Under the pieces are notes generated by a model, which saw only the letters and a list, made by a program, of their open reading frames with translations, did no database searches and was not told the DNA's origin. Positions 1 through 13,300 of a stretch of 58,891 nt of DNA are shown here, in pieces. Location: positions 1 through 58,891 of the forward strand of contig JAHBMJ010000027.1 of assembly GCA_018398765.1 (NCBI GenBank). Reading direction: 5' to 3'. The translations under genes were made by a program, and so were the position numbers. The stretch is from Chromera velia. Its lineage: Eukaryota. The number at the start of each line of letters is the position of its first letter. Position 1 is the first letter of the stretch.

Positions 1-313
1 CTCTTTGACATTCCCGCTCCACTCTACCGCAGGGCCTGTGTATACTAGTGTGTATGGTTGTCTCTCGGTGTGTGTTTGCCTGCATATTCCTTTATACGAC
101 CACCAGGCAGTGTACCGAGGTCTGCTTGCTTGATATTACACTCAAAACTCTCTGGGTTGATTGCCTGCTTTGGGGTTACTGCCCAGGGCCACTGCCTCTT
201 TTTGCACTGCACAATTTTGAATGTTCTACGTATCAGTCTGTGAATGAAATGAAAGCCTTAGAAACTTTGAAGGAAAGGGGACATTCCTTAGCACATCCTT
301 ATCTAATCTTCCG

Positions 314-315
<2 letters not shown>

Positions 316-382
<67 letters not shown>

Positions 383-548
383 TCCGTCCGTGTGTGTGCA
401 ATCTATACCTGTGCGAGCTTGTCAGTCTGAGTAATGTGCGTGCCTATGTGTGCGTACGATGTAGCGGTGAGAGTGTGAACTCTCTTTCTCCCTCTCTCTC
501 TCTCTCTCTCTCTCTGTGTGTACACAAGTGTGTGTGTGTTTGTGTGTT

Positions 549-591
<43 letters not shown>

Positions 592-660
592 ATATGTGTG
601 TGTATGTGTGTGTGTGTGTGTATGTGTGTGTGTGTGTGTGTATGTGTGTATGTGTACGTG
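316..660. repeat. Compound (CT)n/(GT)n microsatellite cluster
   Basis: Seen directly: CT runs at ~316-348 and ~481-514, GT runs at ~349-380 and ~528-656. The overlapping CV/TH-rich ORFs are translations of these repeats. Confidence 0.95.
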
Positions 661-1009
661 CGCACGTTAGCAGACAGGTGGCAGACGAAGACTCATGATT
701 AGGGAGAGATAGAGAGCGAGAGAGGGAAAGAGCCAGATGGATGTACGGTTCTGCATAGGAGAAAGAGATCAAGGCCGATGCATCCAGACTGAAGTAGAGA
801 AACTGACAGTGTCTCAGACAGACAGCAAGATTGAGAGATAAAGGCTAGGACAAAGGGTGAAAAATGATGAAAGAGTAACTATTGTATAAGTGATGCAGAC
901 ATATATGCAGACACTGTAATACACTGTCAAAGACTAGGTCAAATACTGTTGGCTCACTCCTCCCCGGTTCTCGGACCGTCCTTCGTGTCTGGGGCCTTTT
1001 CACAGATAC

Positions 1010-1891
1010 CTTTACTGTGTTTTTGTATCGAACCTAATCGAGTTATTAGTGTATTGAGAGATCACGTTGACTAGAAAACGAGTCAATCATTCTCTAGATC
1101 GTCATTTTTTCCTTTTTAAAAATGTTAGAAAAAATATGGCAAATTAGTTTTATAAACTCAGGTAAAGAATATGTATTGTAGACAGTTTGCAGATCGATTT
1201 GCTATAACTATGAGTGAGAATTTCAGACTAATTTTTAGTCATATTTAGGCCTTCATACGCGATAATGCACGACCCCCGGTTTCCCCCTTTCAACGGGGCC
1301 ACGGCATGCTCCGCAGGAGTATCAAATAGTATAATAATATTTAATTTATATAGCAGCTAGCGAATTAGAGGGGCATCTTTAGAGCTAAATTTAAAGCTTG
1401 AGTAATTGAAGCCTAATTTGAAAGTATTTCACAATTTTTACTTTATTTCACCTAATTAAGTCTCAGTATTTTAAAGTAATTTAGAAATTTAAATTTACAT
1501 GGAGAAAAGATGTTCAATCATTTCTGATTAAAAATTTTGAATACATGATAATCAATATATTTGATTCAACGATGAAGCTAGACTAGTGATAAAGTGATCG
1601 ATTATGATTGATAACTCAATAAATTTAAACTCATTGATCAAAGTGAGTATACTGCAGACGTCTTAACGGGATTAAATCACTATATAAAACTTCTTTTCAG
1701 TTAGCTATACGTTTATAAGGTTTTAGACTTAGCTAGAGACTTAGTTCTAAAACAGTCTAGTACTGTCTGGACAATTAACAGCGTTTAATTTAATTTTTTT
1801 CTTTTTTTTTTATTAATTTCACACATCTTATCAGAAGTTTACGTCCAGGTCCTAGTCTAGGTCTATACATCTCAAATAAGTCAGTAAAGGG

Positions 1892-1926
<35 letters not shown>
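1010..1926. other. AT-rich, TpA/CTAG-rich intergenic island (probable decayed repeat) ending in a (TA)n tract
   Basis: Clear compositional shift, no ORF >=60 aa in the track, many CTAG/TAG words, (TA)n at ~1893-1926, GC motif ACGGGGCCACGGCATGC at 1293-1309. Confidence 0.6.
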
Positions 1927-1929
<3 letters not shown>

Positions 1930-2704
1930 TCCTCACCTAGCTGGACATTGATATACATGCAGCTTGGCACGCAGCCACCCTGATCGACGGGCTTGGCCAT
2001 GCATACAAACGCAGTGCCAAGCCCCGAGCAAACGTGCATGCAGCGTTGGTTCTAGCTGTGGTTTTCTCCTGCCCCACCTTGGATTTTCAGTGGAAACACA
2101 CGATGATAGAGGATGGAAGTCCCAAAGAGGTCTATGCCTTCATTGCCCTGACTAAAGTGGGGTCACGCGACGCTCATGCAGTTGCCGTTCGAGCGAGATC
2201 AAGTCATCGCATGACAACCTAGATGACAACCTAGATGCAAGGAGGACAGCATGTCGAAGGAGAAAAGGCGGAAGAACGATCGATCGGCCAGTCGGGCGAT
2301 CGTCAGGCTTTCTTTCTGATACACAAAGAAGAGAAAGGGAGGCCCTCCCTCTCTCTCTCTCTCACACTCATCCACTCCGTTCCCTCATGAAAAAGTGGAC
2401 ACTTTAAGTTAAAGTGATGGAATTAATTGGCGAACAACCCAGCCCGGACAACTTCTCAGACTGGACTCCCGCAAAATTACAGACTGCTTGGCCGACAGAG
2501 GCGAAACCCATTCCCCCCCCCCCCCCCCCCNNNNNNNNNNNNNNNNNNNNNNNNNNNNNNNNNNNNNNNNNNNNNNNCCCCCCCTCCCTCCCTTTCCCAT
2601 CCACACATAATGTCTCAACAAAAATAAAAGCATTCAGAGAGAGAGAGGGAGAGAGAGAGAGACCATGCAAATCGCCACACGGCGTCGGCATGCTGCACAA
2701 CCGA

Positions 2705-2739
<35 letters not shown>

Positions 2740-2882
2740 AATCTCTCTCCCTCTCCTCCTCCTCCTCTCTCTCCTCTCCCCTATTTCTCTCGCGCAGTCA
2801 TACAGCTGCTGGCTCACTCAACCAGCATGCAAGCAAGTGAGCCAGCTTGCAAGGTAACCAACGTCAGCGTGGCCCGGAGAGG

Positions 2883-5800
2883 CTAAGAGAAGGGTGGTAT
2901 AACCTGGTTGGCGAGGATCGTCTGCCACCTGTCTCGCAGACCCCGACCACTCAGACGGAGGGCAAGAGGGTCAAACCCCCCGGGATTCGTTAAACCAGAG
3001 AGACCAGCCCCGGCGAGGGTGGAATCAATTTGAGGGCCTAGGAGAGACACGGCACCCCCGTAGAAGGACGAGGGCACACCCGAAGGATCTGCCAACATCT
3101 CCTCTTGATGCATTGACCGTCTGCACATGTCTGCACACAGGGTTTCGTTCTCTTCACGAGATCTCCTCTCCCGCTCCTCAGAGGATTCCGATCGCTCACC
3201 CCGACGCGCTCTGTTTCGCCCCCGTCTCCTCACCGCCCCCCCCTCTGTGCTACCCCTACCTCGCTTCACCACTTCCGGCTCTTCTGCGTGTGTCTCTTGC
3301 TGTCGCTGAGCTGCCATCCGTGGCGTTTGCACAGCGCTTGTCGCCGTCGCCTCCCCCCCTCCATTCCCCCTGACACCCATTCCCACTCTGCTTATTCGCA
3401 GTTGTTTGCTTGCGAGGGTGGCTGCTGTTTTCAGGGTGCGAGTGAGGTCTGCGAGATGTGCGGCTGCCGCGTCTCTGTACAGCTGCCGGACCTCTGCACG
3501 GCGAAGTGACAGAAGGCGGACGACCTGCCCGTCTACTGTCAGCCAGAGGTGGAGGAGAATGTGGGCTCCGTACACTGCGACTTGAAGCCAGTCGAATCTG
3601 CAAAGAAAAGCAACCACAAAGAAAGGGAGGAAGGAAGGAACAAAGGAAGAAAAAGAGGAATTGGAAAAAGATGGACGCAAAAACGCGGGGGGGGGGCGGG
3701 CAACGCGATTTTTCCGCGCCCTTGTCTCCTTTCACATCTTTTGGATTCCTCAGGACGCACCCACCATGTTTGTTACGTCAGTCAAAGAAGAAGACGTGTT
3801 CCCCGAAGAGTTGAGATAACCATCTATCTGGGCCTCTTTTTTGCCTTGTTAACACAGAAGCAAGTAATGGAAGACAGAGATAGGGAGCTCCAAGATGCCA
3901 CACACAGCCAGAAGGAGCTGGAACAGAAGACGAAAGAACAGAAGAGAAAGCGATTTCAGATGACAGTCAGAGAAACTCATGAGCAGGCCAAGCAACCGAC
4001 TGACTGACCGGAGAATGAGGATGAACACCCGAGTGATGAGAATCAGTTTCAGATCTGCCCAGTGATTCATCAGCAGAACGTCTGCAACGCGGACACCCCT
4101 CAGGAGGTCCCGAGAGGACACCAACAGTTCGTTCAAACGGGGGGGTGCCATGTTATTTCTAACAGCAAGGAAAAGAACAATGGCAGCATTCGACACTCTC
4201 ACCACCGTTCCCCTGTGCCCCGTTCTCTCATTCGGAGTTCGCAACGTTGGGTCACTTGCAGGCGTGCCCCGAGCGTATTCATATTCGTTCCCCCCAACTG
4301 CACCAACAGAAGATCGGTAAGGATCTCTCTCACTCCCGCGCATGTGTCTCTCCCCCCTCCCCGTTCCTGCCTGTGCACTCACAGGAGGCACGTGCGGCCT
4401 CAACCAGGGACCGCCAAACATCGGGTGCTCTTCTCCTGCAGGAGCCCTTCCCCCCCAAATTTTCCTCCTCCCCTTTTTCCTTTCCCCCCCCTCATCTGCC
4501 ATTGCTTGCTCCTGTTGCTGCCGCTGCTGCTGCTGTTGCTGCTGAGACCCCACCAGGGAGATGTCAATTTCGTCTCTCACAGGTATCAGGTGGGTTTTCC
4601 TCCCAACGATCGCAGAGCAGACCGGAAACGCAATCAGAAGCACATTCAAAGCCGAGGGGGCCGCAAAGAAGTACATGAACACCGTGGGGGTGTGGTCGCC
4701 CCAAAACCCATTATGTTGCTGCACGCAGAGCAAGCGAACAAGCGTAGGAAAGGAAGAGAAAGCACAAAGAAAGAACCCAATAAGAAAGGGACAAGAGACA
4801 AGACAGGGCCGGAAAAGCGAAAAATGACATGGAAGTATCTCTCCCTACGTTGCACTTCCAGCTTGAGAGGACGAAAGTGGGTGACATGCAGAGAGAGATT
4901 GGAGGTCGACAGGAGACACAGCGACAGATAAAGAGTTGTATGGGGTTGCGACCTTTCCATCCATCTCCCTACTTTCTTCTTCCCTATATCCGGACATCCA
5001 CTCGATCCTTGAATCTACAAACCAACCAACCAACCAACCAACCAACCAACCGAATCTCCCCCGACCCCCCCGGAGCCCCGGAAAATCTCCCGAGCGGCGA
5101 GGAAGAAGTAGAAGAACGAGTAGAACCGAACCACTTGGAAGATCGCTAAGAGGACGTTGGTGGCCGAACACGCCAGATTACACCAGCCCAACAAAAAGAA
5201 GAAAGAGACGAACACCGTGGAGAGAATCACCACGTAGTGTGGTAATTGCAATTTCGTCGGGTCCGGAAAGCTCTGCATACACATGCACCCCCGTGCAATG
5301 AATGAGACACATGTTCGTATGCATACACTCATTTTTATACTCTGTCTAAAACCTTCAATAAAGGTGCCCATGCATACACTTCCCGACTTGTCTGGGTCTG
5401 AGTGTAACCTGAGCACCTGCACCGGATTCCATTCAACCAACAGCACCCAGAGACCTAGCTACAAAGCGAGAAGAGAGAGAGATACCATAAACCCCCGGAA
5501 TAAATCGAATGAGAAAGGCCGAAATCCCGCAAATGCATACACTCCGGCTCTTGTCCTTTGCGTCTTTCGCCCACCCACGTATGTATGGATGCATGCAAAG
5601 GAAAATTGAAGAAATAGCGCAACGCTTCCCTTTTTTTCGTGAGCAGTCGGACTGCAGGACGGGAAGCGACGCTTGCTTTCTCTTCTGTATCTGTCCATGT
5701 TATTGCTTCCACTCGACCCGGCCAGTTCGACTGACGAGCGTAGAAGGAGTCGGCAGGGCTTCTCCAGGCCTCGTCAGGGTGACGACCACCGCGATCTGAC

Positions 5801-8800
5801 CGCACCAGAGCATGGTCATGGGCAGCCACAGACAGACCAATTTGTCCTTCCGAAGGACAAGTTCGTCCGTGAGATACTCGGAAAATCCCAACCAGCCTAC
5901 AGAGCTGCAGTGATAGAGCAGAGTGGATGTGCACACACACACAGAGGGNGGGGGGGGGGGGGGTTCTTAGGAAAGTGGCAGCACATTAGCATGAGATCGG
6001 AATCCAAGAGGAACATTTTCCGTTCCCCTTCTCTCTCCCTCTGCCTGTATGATACTGCGCCCGCCTCTTTCCACTGCGCCTCCGTTCTTGCGCTGGATAT
6101 GCCCCATTCACCAGGCAATGACCGAAAGACAAAAGACAGATAAAGATAAGAGGGCAGCATGTAGAATGCAGGATTGAATTGTCTTTTCTTGCTTGCACTC
6201 CCTGACTGAGAGAGGGAGACTCAGACGGAAGCACAGGCCAGACAGACAATTAAGAGGCAGCAGGCGAATTCTGCATCCACTCACCAAGCTACTTCACTCA
6301 CTATCTGACTGACCGTATGGATCGCATAAATTTGGAAAACCGCATGAAAAATCCGAACCCTCGCAGAGGAAACGGACGACCCGCACTCTCGCGAATCCCC
6401 GCCAGGAGGTTCACCAGCAGAGGGCCGATCGGTGGCATCTCTGCTCTCTGGTGAGAGGGCATAGAGACGTGTCCCCCATCCGATTCTCTCCCCCCCCCTG
6501 CCGGGTTGGGAGGATCACCTAATCGGGCCACTCCGGGCGCACTCAACGTCTGATGAGGGGGCTCTTGTTCTACACCCCCACCACTCGTCTGCTTCACTTC
6601 TGGAGAAACAGACGAATCTGCCCCTTCCTTTCGCTCCCTTTCCTGCTTCTCTCTTTCCACCGTCTCTTTTTCCACGTCCCCTCCTGCATCCAACGCGACG
6701 GCATCTGCCGACCCACGGCCCCCCCCCGGCGTTACAGCCGGTCGGGGTGGTGAACCACCAACTGGCTGAGATTCAAGTGGGGCTAACCGCCCCCCCACAA
6801 GCACTGGTTTCAGCTGCTGACCCTGACTCTGCCCCCGCTCTGCATTCATGGCTCGTTTTCCACTCTGGCTTCCAGCGGCAGCTGCAGTAGTCCCCCCTTC
6901 CCCTGCCGGATCGGGCACCGGAATGGAGTTCGCTCTTCGCAGTGCCTCGCTGTCCGCTCCTGAGACCTTTAAGCTCGCTCCCCCTCCTGTCCTTCCCCCC
7001 CCCCTCTTCCGACTTCCCTGAGAGAGGGAAAGAATCGAAACCTCACGGTCATTTGCCCCCCCTCTGTGGAAATGAGAGTAAAGGGACGAGGTCACTGCTG
7101 CCTCCGCACTGAAACGACGGGTATTCGAAGACGACCCGCGTGCCTGACTTTGACCCCCCTGATGAACAGCTGCTGCAGGGTGCAGGTGGTGATGAACGGG
7201 AGAGGGATCCCGGCGGTGGACCAGGGCCTTCGCCCACCGTTCCTTGTCTCCCGTGGGAATGAACACGGGAAGGGAAACGATGCGAGAGGTCAAAATACGG
7301 GCATCTACAAAAGGAACGTAGCGTTTCAACAAGAACGCAAGGACATCGTGAGAGTCCGACTGACCCCCCAGACCCCAAACGTCATGCACCCCCTTCTGCT
7401 GACGGGGTGCTCTCCTAGTACAACAACAACAGAGCCAGCCAGGGGGTGCATAGACAACCTCGTCACCCTCTCTCTCATTCTCCCCCCCTCCCCGCTGTGC
7501 ATGCAGGAGCGTCTCCCTTTCTCGAGGCACTGATCCCTCCTCTCCCTCCCCTGCCCCCCCCTCCCTCGAACGCTGTCCTCGTGGAAGCGTCCCATACAGC
7601 AACGCAACGGATCGCTCGGATGAAGTGCGCACGAGGGGTGCCTGACGGATGGTGGCAGTCCCACTGTTAGGCGGGGGGGCGGAAGGGAGGTCTTCGCCGG
7701 CCTCCACCAGCGACAGCCCCCCCGGCATTGTGGATCTCCGGCCTACTCGGGATCGGGAAGGCAACAGAGGGGCGGGGGGGGAACCTTGACCTGCTGCCGA
7801 GTTCAACACTCCACTAGGCTGCTGTGCACCTCCGCCGTCATAGACAAAAGGAGGCGACGCACCTTGTGATTGACGTGTGTAACCCGTGTTGTAGGTTGAC
7901 GAATGCTGTTGTTGGCCTTGACTGTATGGTCGGAGACCTGGGGTTGCATTTGTGTGTTGTTGCCTTAGTGGAGGCAGTGCGAATGTCATGGTAGAGTGGG
8001 GGTGGGGCATGATCCCTGCTCCTGTGTCGGTGGAAGCCATCGGTCGATGAGTTCGTACAAATTGTGATGAATATCGTGAAGGGGTCGGCATAGATCCGAA
8101 AACGTGAGGGGCGGGTTGGGACGGTGCGTATCCTGCATGGGGCAAAACCAGGGAACTGTGGGGGTTCGGGATCCCGCTTTCTGTGGGTGGGCTGGTACCG
8201 TGTTGGTATGAGTGTGTTCCCTTTGACTGTTTGGTACTTCCATCTCGGTCTTCTGGCATATGTTCTGCTACTGTGTGTGGCTGCAGCAGCTCTAGAACCG
8301 TCTCGAAATTCTGCTCGATCTCCAGAGACTGCTGCTCCATCCTGTATGAATTCCGTTCTGCGTCCTGGGCCAGGCGGAGACGGAAGACCTGCAGGCAATC
8401 ACAGATCCCGTGGCACATCCAGGCAGGTGAGGGGCGTGTTTGTGTTCATCCAGGATTCGTTTATATGTATGCAATCCGAGGAAATAAGCGCATGCAATCA
8501 CAGATCCCGTGGCACATCCAGGCAGGTGAGGGGCGGCAGGATCTTGAGTGCGATTCGTTGGTTCGTTAGCATTGGGTGGCCGCAATCTCTTGCCGTACGG
8601 ATCTTGAAACTAGACCATGGATATGGGAGCTGAAAAGTGAGAGCTGGATACGAACACAAGGCAAGACAAAGCAAGGTGAACCAAGGCAAGGAAAGGAGAG
8701 AAGAGGCATGGCGTCCAACCGGACCGACCTGCAGGACAAGAAAGGCCGCGTTCTTGACCACGAAGGGCGACATGGGGAGGGCGAAACCGGGATCGTTCAC

Positions 8801-9601
8801 GTGGAAGATGACCCAGACGTAGATTCGCAGGACAAGGAAGGGAAGGTCCACGAAGAAGATGGACACGATCGCCGCATGCTTCCGAGTCGACAACACGTCT
8901 CCTGCCGCCTCATGCCGACCAAGGAAGCTGACTTCCCCGACACTGCTCTCGTCTATCGGTGTGTGGCCAAGACCGGAGAACGAGTAGCCGTGGAAGAACA
9001 GACCGAGGAAGATGAAGCTGACGACCGCCCTTTGAAACGTCTTCATCTCTGGCAATGCGCTCTCAGGGAGCAGGCTGTACTGGAACATCACACCGATGTC
9101 GATCAGGTCCAGGACCACAAAAGTGATCATATCCGCGTGGAGCAACAGGCCGACAGAGACGGTCTTGCTCTTCTTTCCAAACAGCTGCTTGCTCGCACGG
9201 AAGTTCAAAATGGCATACGCCAAGGGGGTTAGTTGAATGGCAAAGTAGATGTAGATGAAGTCCGAGTCGAACCTGTCGGAATAATCCAGTCCGCTCTGGC
9301 CTCCCCTGATCATCGGGGAGACGTAGATGAACGTCAAGACCATTTTGAAAGCCAGAGACCAACTTAGTGTGGTCCATTGTACTGCTCCCTTGAAAGCCGC
9401 AACCCTTCTGTACGGATTCACCATCATGTGAATGACAAGAGGAAGATCTACGATACCGCATAACGCAAACAAAGGATTCAATTTGGTGCACAGAAAATAC
9501 AGCAGCGTCCCGTTCTGGACTACAACAAGTATGATCAGCAGCATCCAGAGAATTCGGAACTTGCACTGCCATTTCCACGAAAAGAATGGGCAGCACGCCA
9601 T
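2883..9601 (-). CDS. Large multi-pass membrane protein (~1,553 aa) with N-terminal TMEM26/TMEM121(CECR6)-like domain, long low-complexity linker and a second hydrophobic region
   Basis: Exons 9601-8729, 8388-6314, 5904-5838, 5272-5051, 4718-4009, 3597-2883 all have GT/AG borders and matching phases; total 4662 nt = 1554 codons including stop. The motif IFFVDLPFLVLRIY...PFVVKNAAFLVLQ|VFRL resembles the D-x-P-F-L-x-x-R...KN signature of TMEM26/TMEM121 (recognised from memory, not searched). Confidence 0.75.
8395..8535. repeat. 42-bp direct repeat inside intron 1 of the membrane-protein gene
   Basis: GCAATCACAGATCCCGTGGCACATCCAGGCAGGTGAGGGGCG at 8395-8436 and 8494-8535. Confidence 0.9.
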
Positions 9602-10384
9602 CCTGAGAGAAGATTTCAGGGACGGCTCCTACAGAGCTTCGAAAATTGAAAGGGCGGTGAAAGGGTACTTCTGGTGAGGGCGAAAAGCGAGACAAAGCCT
9701 ACATGAGCAGCAACTACAGATCACCTGTTGCTTGGGCAAGTAAGAGCATATCGAGGAATACCAAAGCCCCGAAACACTGCGAAGCACCTGGCAGGAGTTT
9801 TAGGATAAGATGGACACTGCTGAAGGCGGATGGGACGCAGTCAGTGATGCAGCGTTTGATGACAGTCTGTTACACTGACCGCAAAGGCTGACATGGGCTG
9901 ACTCGCGGTTCGCCGCGGTACTTTCTTGCACGGCTCAGTCTGATTCTCAATTAAGAAGACGCGGCCGGGCCCACAGCCGGGGCCCATCCATTAAGGGCCC
10001 TCATGCAGCATGGCCCCGGCATGCATGCATTTACAATGGATCCACCTATAGCTTCAATTGTGGCAGGCATTGGCAGGCTGATGCATTTTCTCGCGCATAA
10101 CGCGCGCACGTGCACTTAATTTCATTTGTGCATATGTTTTTTTGTTCGAAGTGACCGCATCCCTTTGGGCGACAGTCCATTGAAGGACGTTTGGCATACT
10201 CTATACGGTCACATTGTGTGCACACTCTTCTTCCTTTCTCTGGTCTTACGCAGAGAGGAGCCCAGACAACTCTCAAGAATCCATTTTTCCAAACGCCAAG
10301 CGAAGCTGTTGTTGTTTTTGTCAACTGTTGTTTCGTGAAACAGGTGTATACGATTCCTGCAGAAGGCCCATTGTCCAACGAACG
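9602..10384. promoter_or_regulatory. Putative bidirectional promoter/5'UTR region with GGGCCC and TGCATGCA motifs
   Basis: Lies between divergent ATGs at 9601(-) and 10385(+). GC-rich cluster 9961-10030 has three GGGCCC hexamers and GCATGCATGCAT. Regulatory function is inferred. Confidence 0.5.
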
Positions 10385-13300
10385 ATGAAGACCATAGCAG
10401 GAGGGAGGACGAAAGACCTCACTCTGCTGGGTCAAAACAACCCGGGCAGCGCGCCCCTTCTCGTGGAGCCTTCGGAAGTTCGTTTTGATTCGATCAAGAA
10501 AGACGTCAGGTACGTCCAGACCATCTACATTCGTAACGTTTCAACAAAAGGCAGGAGAGTTCGCCTCGGCAGGCCGTCCACATCCTATTTTCGTCTTCAC
10601 TACGAGAATTTCATTGCCCTTGCTCCGGGTCTCACCGTTCCCGTTGAGGTCGAATACTACTCCAAAGATGGCAAAGACGCCAATGACGTCTTGGTCATTC
10701 AATGCGAAGACGAGGAGGTCATTGACATTCCTCTCAAAGCACGGAGGCCTACTGCACTTTTTGAGTACCCAACCACACTCAACTTTGGTCCGCTTCTTCC
10801 TCGCCGTCGACACATTCGGGAGTTCACCATCACCAATGTCGGAACCAAGGCGGGTGTATTTGAAGTCAAGGTGCACCAACAGAGAACGAGTGCCGATGTT
10901 ATGTTTACACCCAACAACGTTGCAGTCGAGCCCGGGGAAAGTCTGAGGGTCAAGGCACACCTTTCTTGTGACGAGGCATGCTCGTTTCAGGAGGTTGCAT
11001 GGGTCTCTTCCCCTGACGTGTGTAAACTTGACCCGCCGCTTCCGCCCATTAGCGTCGAGGCCGTGATCACAGGACAAAATCTGCGTCTGTTGATCAATGG
11101 ACAGGAAGAGTCGTTTGCAGAGTTGGGCTCTCTTTACTTCGGGCAGACGAAGGAGGTCTCTGCAGAGGTGATCAATGACGGTCCCCACAACGCCCATTTC
11201 AGGGTCGCTGTCGTTGAAAATGATCCTCCCACTCCGCCCTGGAGTGCGGAAGATCCGACTGCACCCCTGGCAGCAGCGAACATCTTTTCGTTCTTTCCCT
11301 CTTCAGGAGAAGTACCGCCCTTCGGGAAGCTCCCTGTGACAATACGAATCGCAACACCCGTCTGGGAACAGGACAAAATGAAGGGATTTAGGTACAACAG
11401 AACTCCTCAAGATGTCCACAAAACCCAGAGGGCCGTTGTAAAGTTTGAATCAGAAGAATTTAATCAAACCACCGTGATTCAGGTGGCCGCCTTTCTGTCT
11501 CTACCCGCCCTCTTCCTTGACCCTCCCCGTTTAGATTTCGGTAAGTGCCTTGTGGATGACCGACGGGACGTCAGATTGGCGTTGACGAACAAACACAAGG
11601 ACGCAGCGATCGAGTGGGAACTCCAAAAGGTTTCGCAATTCTTCGCGAGCCCCAACAAAGGCCGGCTGGCACCCCAACAAACGGTCTCTGTGGTCGTGTC
11701 CTTCTGTCCTCGTCGCATAGGGGTTGCGGACAGCCGCTTTGCGGTTGCTCTTTGCAAGGGCCTGTACACAGTAGAGATGGACGTGAGCGCAGAAGCGTGC
11801 AGCTACATCCCGGTGCACTTGTTGGTTCCAGAGGACAAGGAGCAAGAGGAGGTCTACTCATCCTTTTTGAAGGTCGGACATGCACAGACAGACAGCGAAA
11901 AACTTTCAGATTCGGGTGCGATGTCTGCATTATGCTTTTCGTGCAATGCCCTGCTTGTGCATACAAATGCGAAGGGAAGCTCTTGCTGTTGGAACAAAAC
12001 AACGGAAGGGGGGAAAAGAGAGTGGGCGAGACAGAGGAAAGAAAACATTCACGGGCAGTCGCGACACATTTGGAATAAGAAGGAGCTGTTTTGGGGCAGT
12101 TTCGAAAAGAGCTTTTTCTGCTTCGTTATTTGACAATAGTTTCTGGTCTCTCTGCCCGTCTGTTTGTCTGTCTGTTTGCTGTCGCTGTTTGCTTACAGGT
12201 TTCCAAGAAGCTTGCCCCCTACTTTGACTCTGCCGTCAACCGACGTCTGGGTGCTCCCCAAACCTTCAAGGGGGGCCTAGACAAAGTGCCAAAGGACCTG
12301 ATGCCAAACTACAAATTCGTTCCCCAGGACATGAACGTAGCCAATGCCTTGTGGGCAGTAAGGGGGGAGGAGGCGATGGGTACAGCAAGCGAGACTGTAG
12401 GGCCTCCCAAATTAGGAAATTTGAATCCTTCGGCTGCAAACCCGCAAGAAGGGGGGGGGACCTCCCTTGTACCGTACTGCCATCCGCACCAGACGGGGAC
12501 TCTCTCCGGGTTCCAATCTCTCGATGCCACCAACCTCAAGCGCAGTCTGTTGAATCTCACAGGGCCGGGCGTAGGAGGCATCAGCGTGGCCCAGCGGCCC
12601 ATGGGGGTTCCTGCAGACCAAGCGACACTGAAGCTTCAGGCAGCTCTCTTAGCCACCCAGGGGGGAACGCAGATCAACCGCCCGATCACCCTGACGAAAC
12701 TGATGAAGTCCCAAGTGTGGGGGGAGAAGGAGGAAATTGCCCTCAAGGATTTGATGGCGAATGTGCGGAGGATGAAACAACAGGGACCTCACGCACATGA
12801 CGCGCGAACGCTTGCCCTTCAGATTGTCAACAGAAGAAGATACACGCAGGTCAGATCACTCATTTGTCCTTCAGTCTTCTCCGCGTGTCAGAAGAATGAG
12901 TTGAACAAGTGAAGTTCAGCATGAGCCTCTTGAAAGTCAGAGAGACGAAAAAGTCAGTAAGAGAGAAGAGTATCGACGTGGCTCTGGTAAGAATCTCTTG
13001 CTGCTCTTCCAAAACGACTGCGCAGTCATTTGCTCTCTCTGCTTTGCTACAGTGAAAGGTCTGAAACACCTCACCTCTTTGCTCTCCGTCGCATGCATGC
13101 CTTCATGAAAGCAGTGGGTTCGTGATGAAGCGAGGAAGCGTCGCGCGAAGCCGGGAGAGCCTGTGGACATTTTTTATGAGTACGACCCGAATATCGGTGT
13201 GGTCCCGGGAGCCGGGCTGAAGCCTCCAAAGCTTTCAATTAAGGACATCCCGACAGATCCTCTCTGGTTGTTGAGACCGCGAGAGGACGACGGAGGCAAG

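Noticed and set aside
48..772. ORFs rich in CV, TH or SL dipeptides (also 48911-49791 and 58445-58886)
   Set aside because: Translations of microsatellites with no other coding signal.
2513..2584. Poly-C/poly-G tracts with N runs (also ~5946-5963, ~18503-18527, ~27484-27529)
   Set aside because: Assembly gaps at homopolymers; lengths are unreliable and they are not evidence of a feature.
4062..4931. 289-aa + strand ORF and similar antisense ORFs over exons (e.g. 8576-9232, 10541-11197, 29691-30323)
   Set aside because: Shadow ORFs on the opposite strand of well-supported GC-rich exons.
10214..10384. Longer N-terminus of the first CFAP47 ORF
   Set aside because: It starts at a non-ATG codon; the ATG at 10385 (MKTIAGG) directly precedes the first ASH-like domain.
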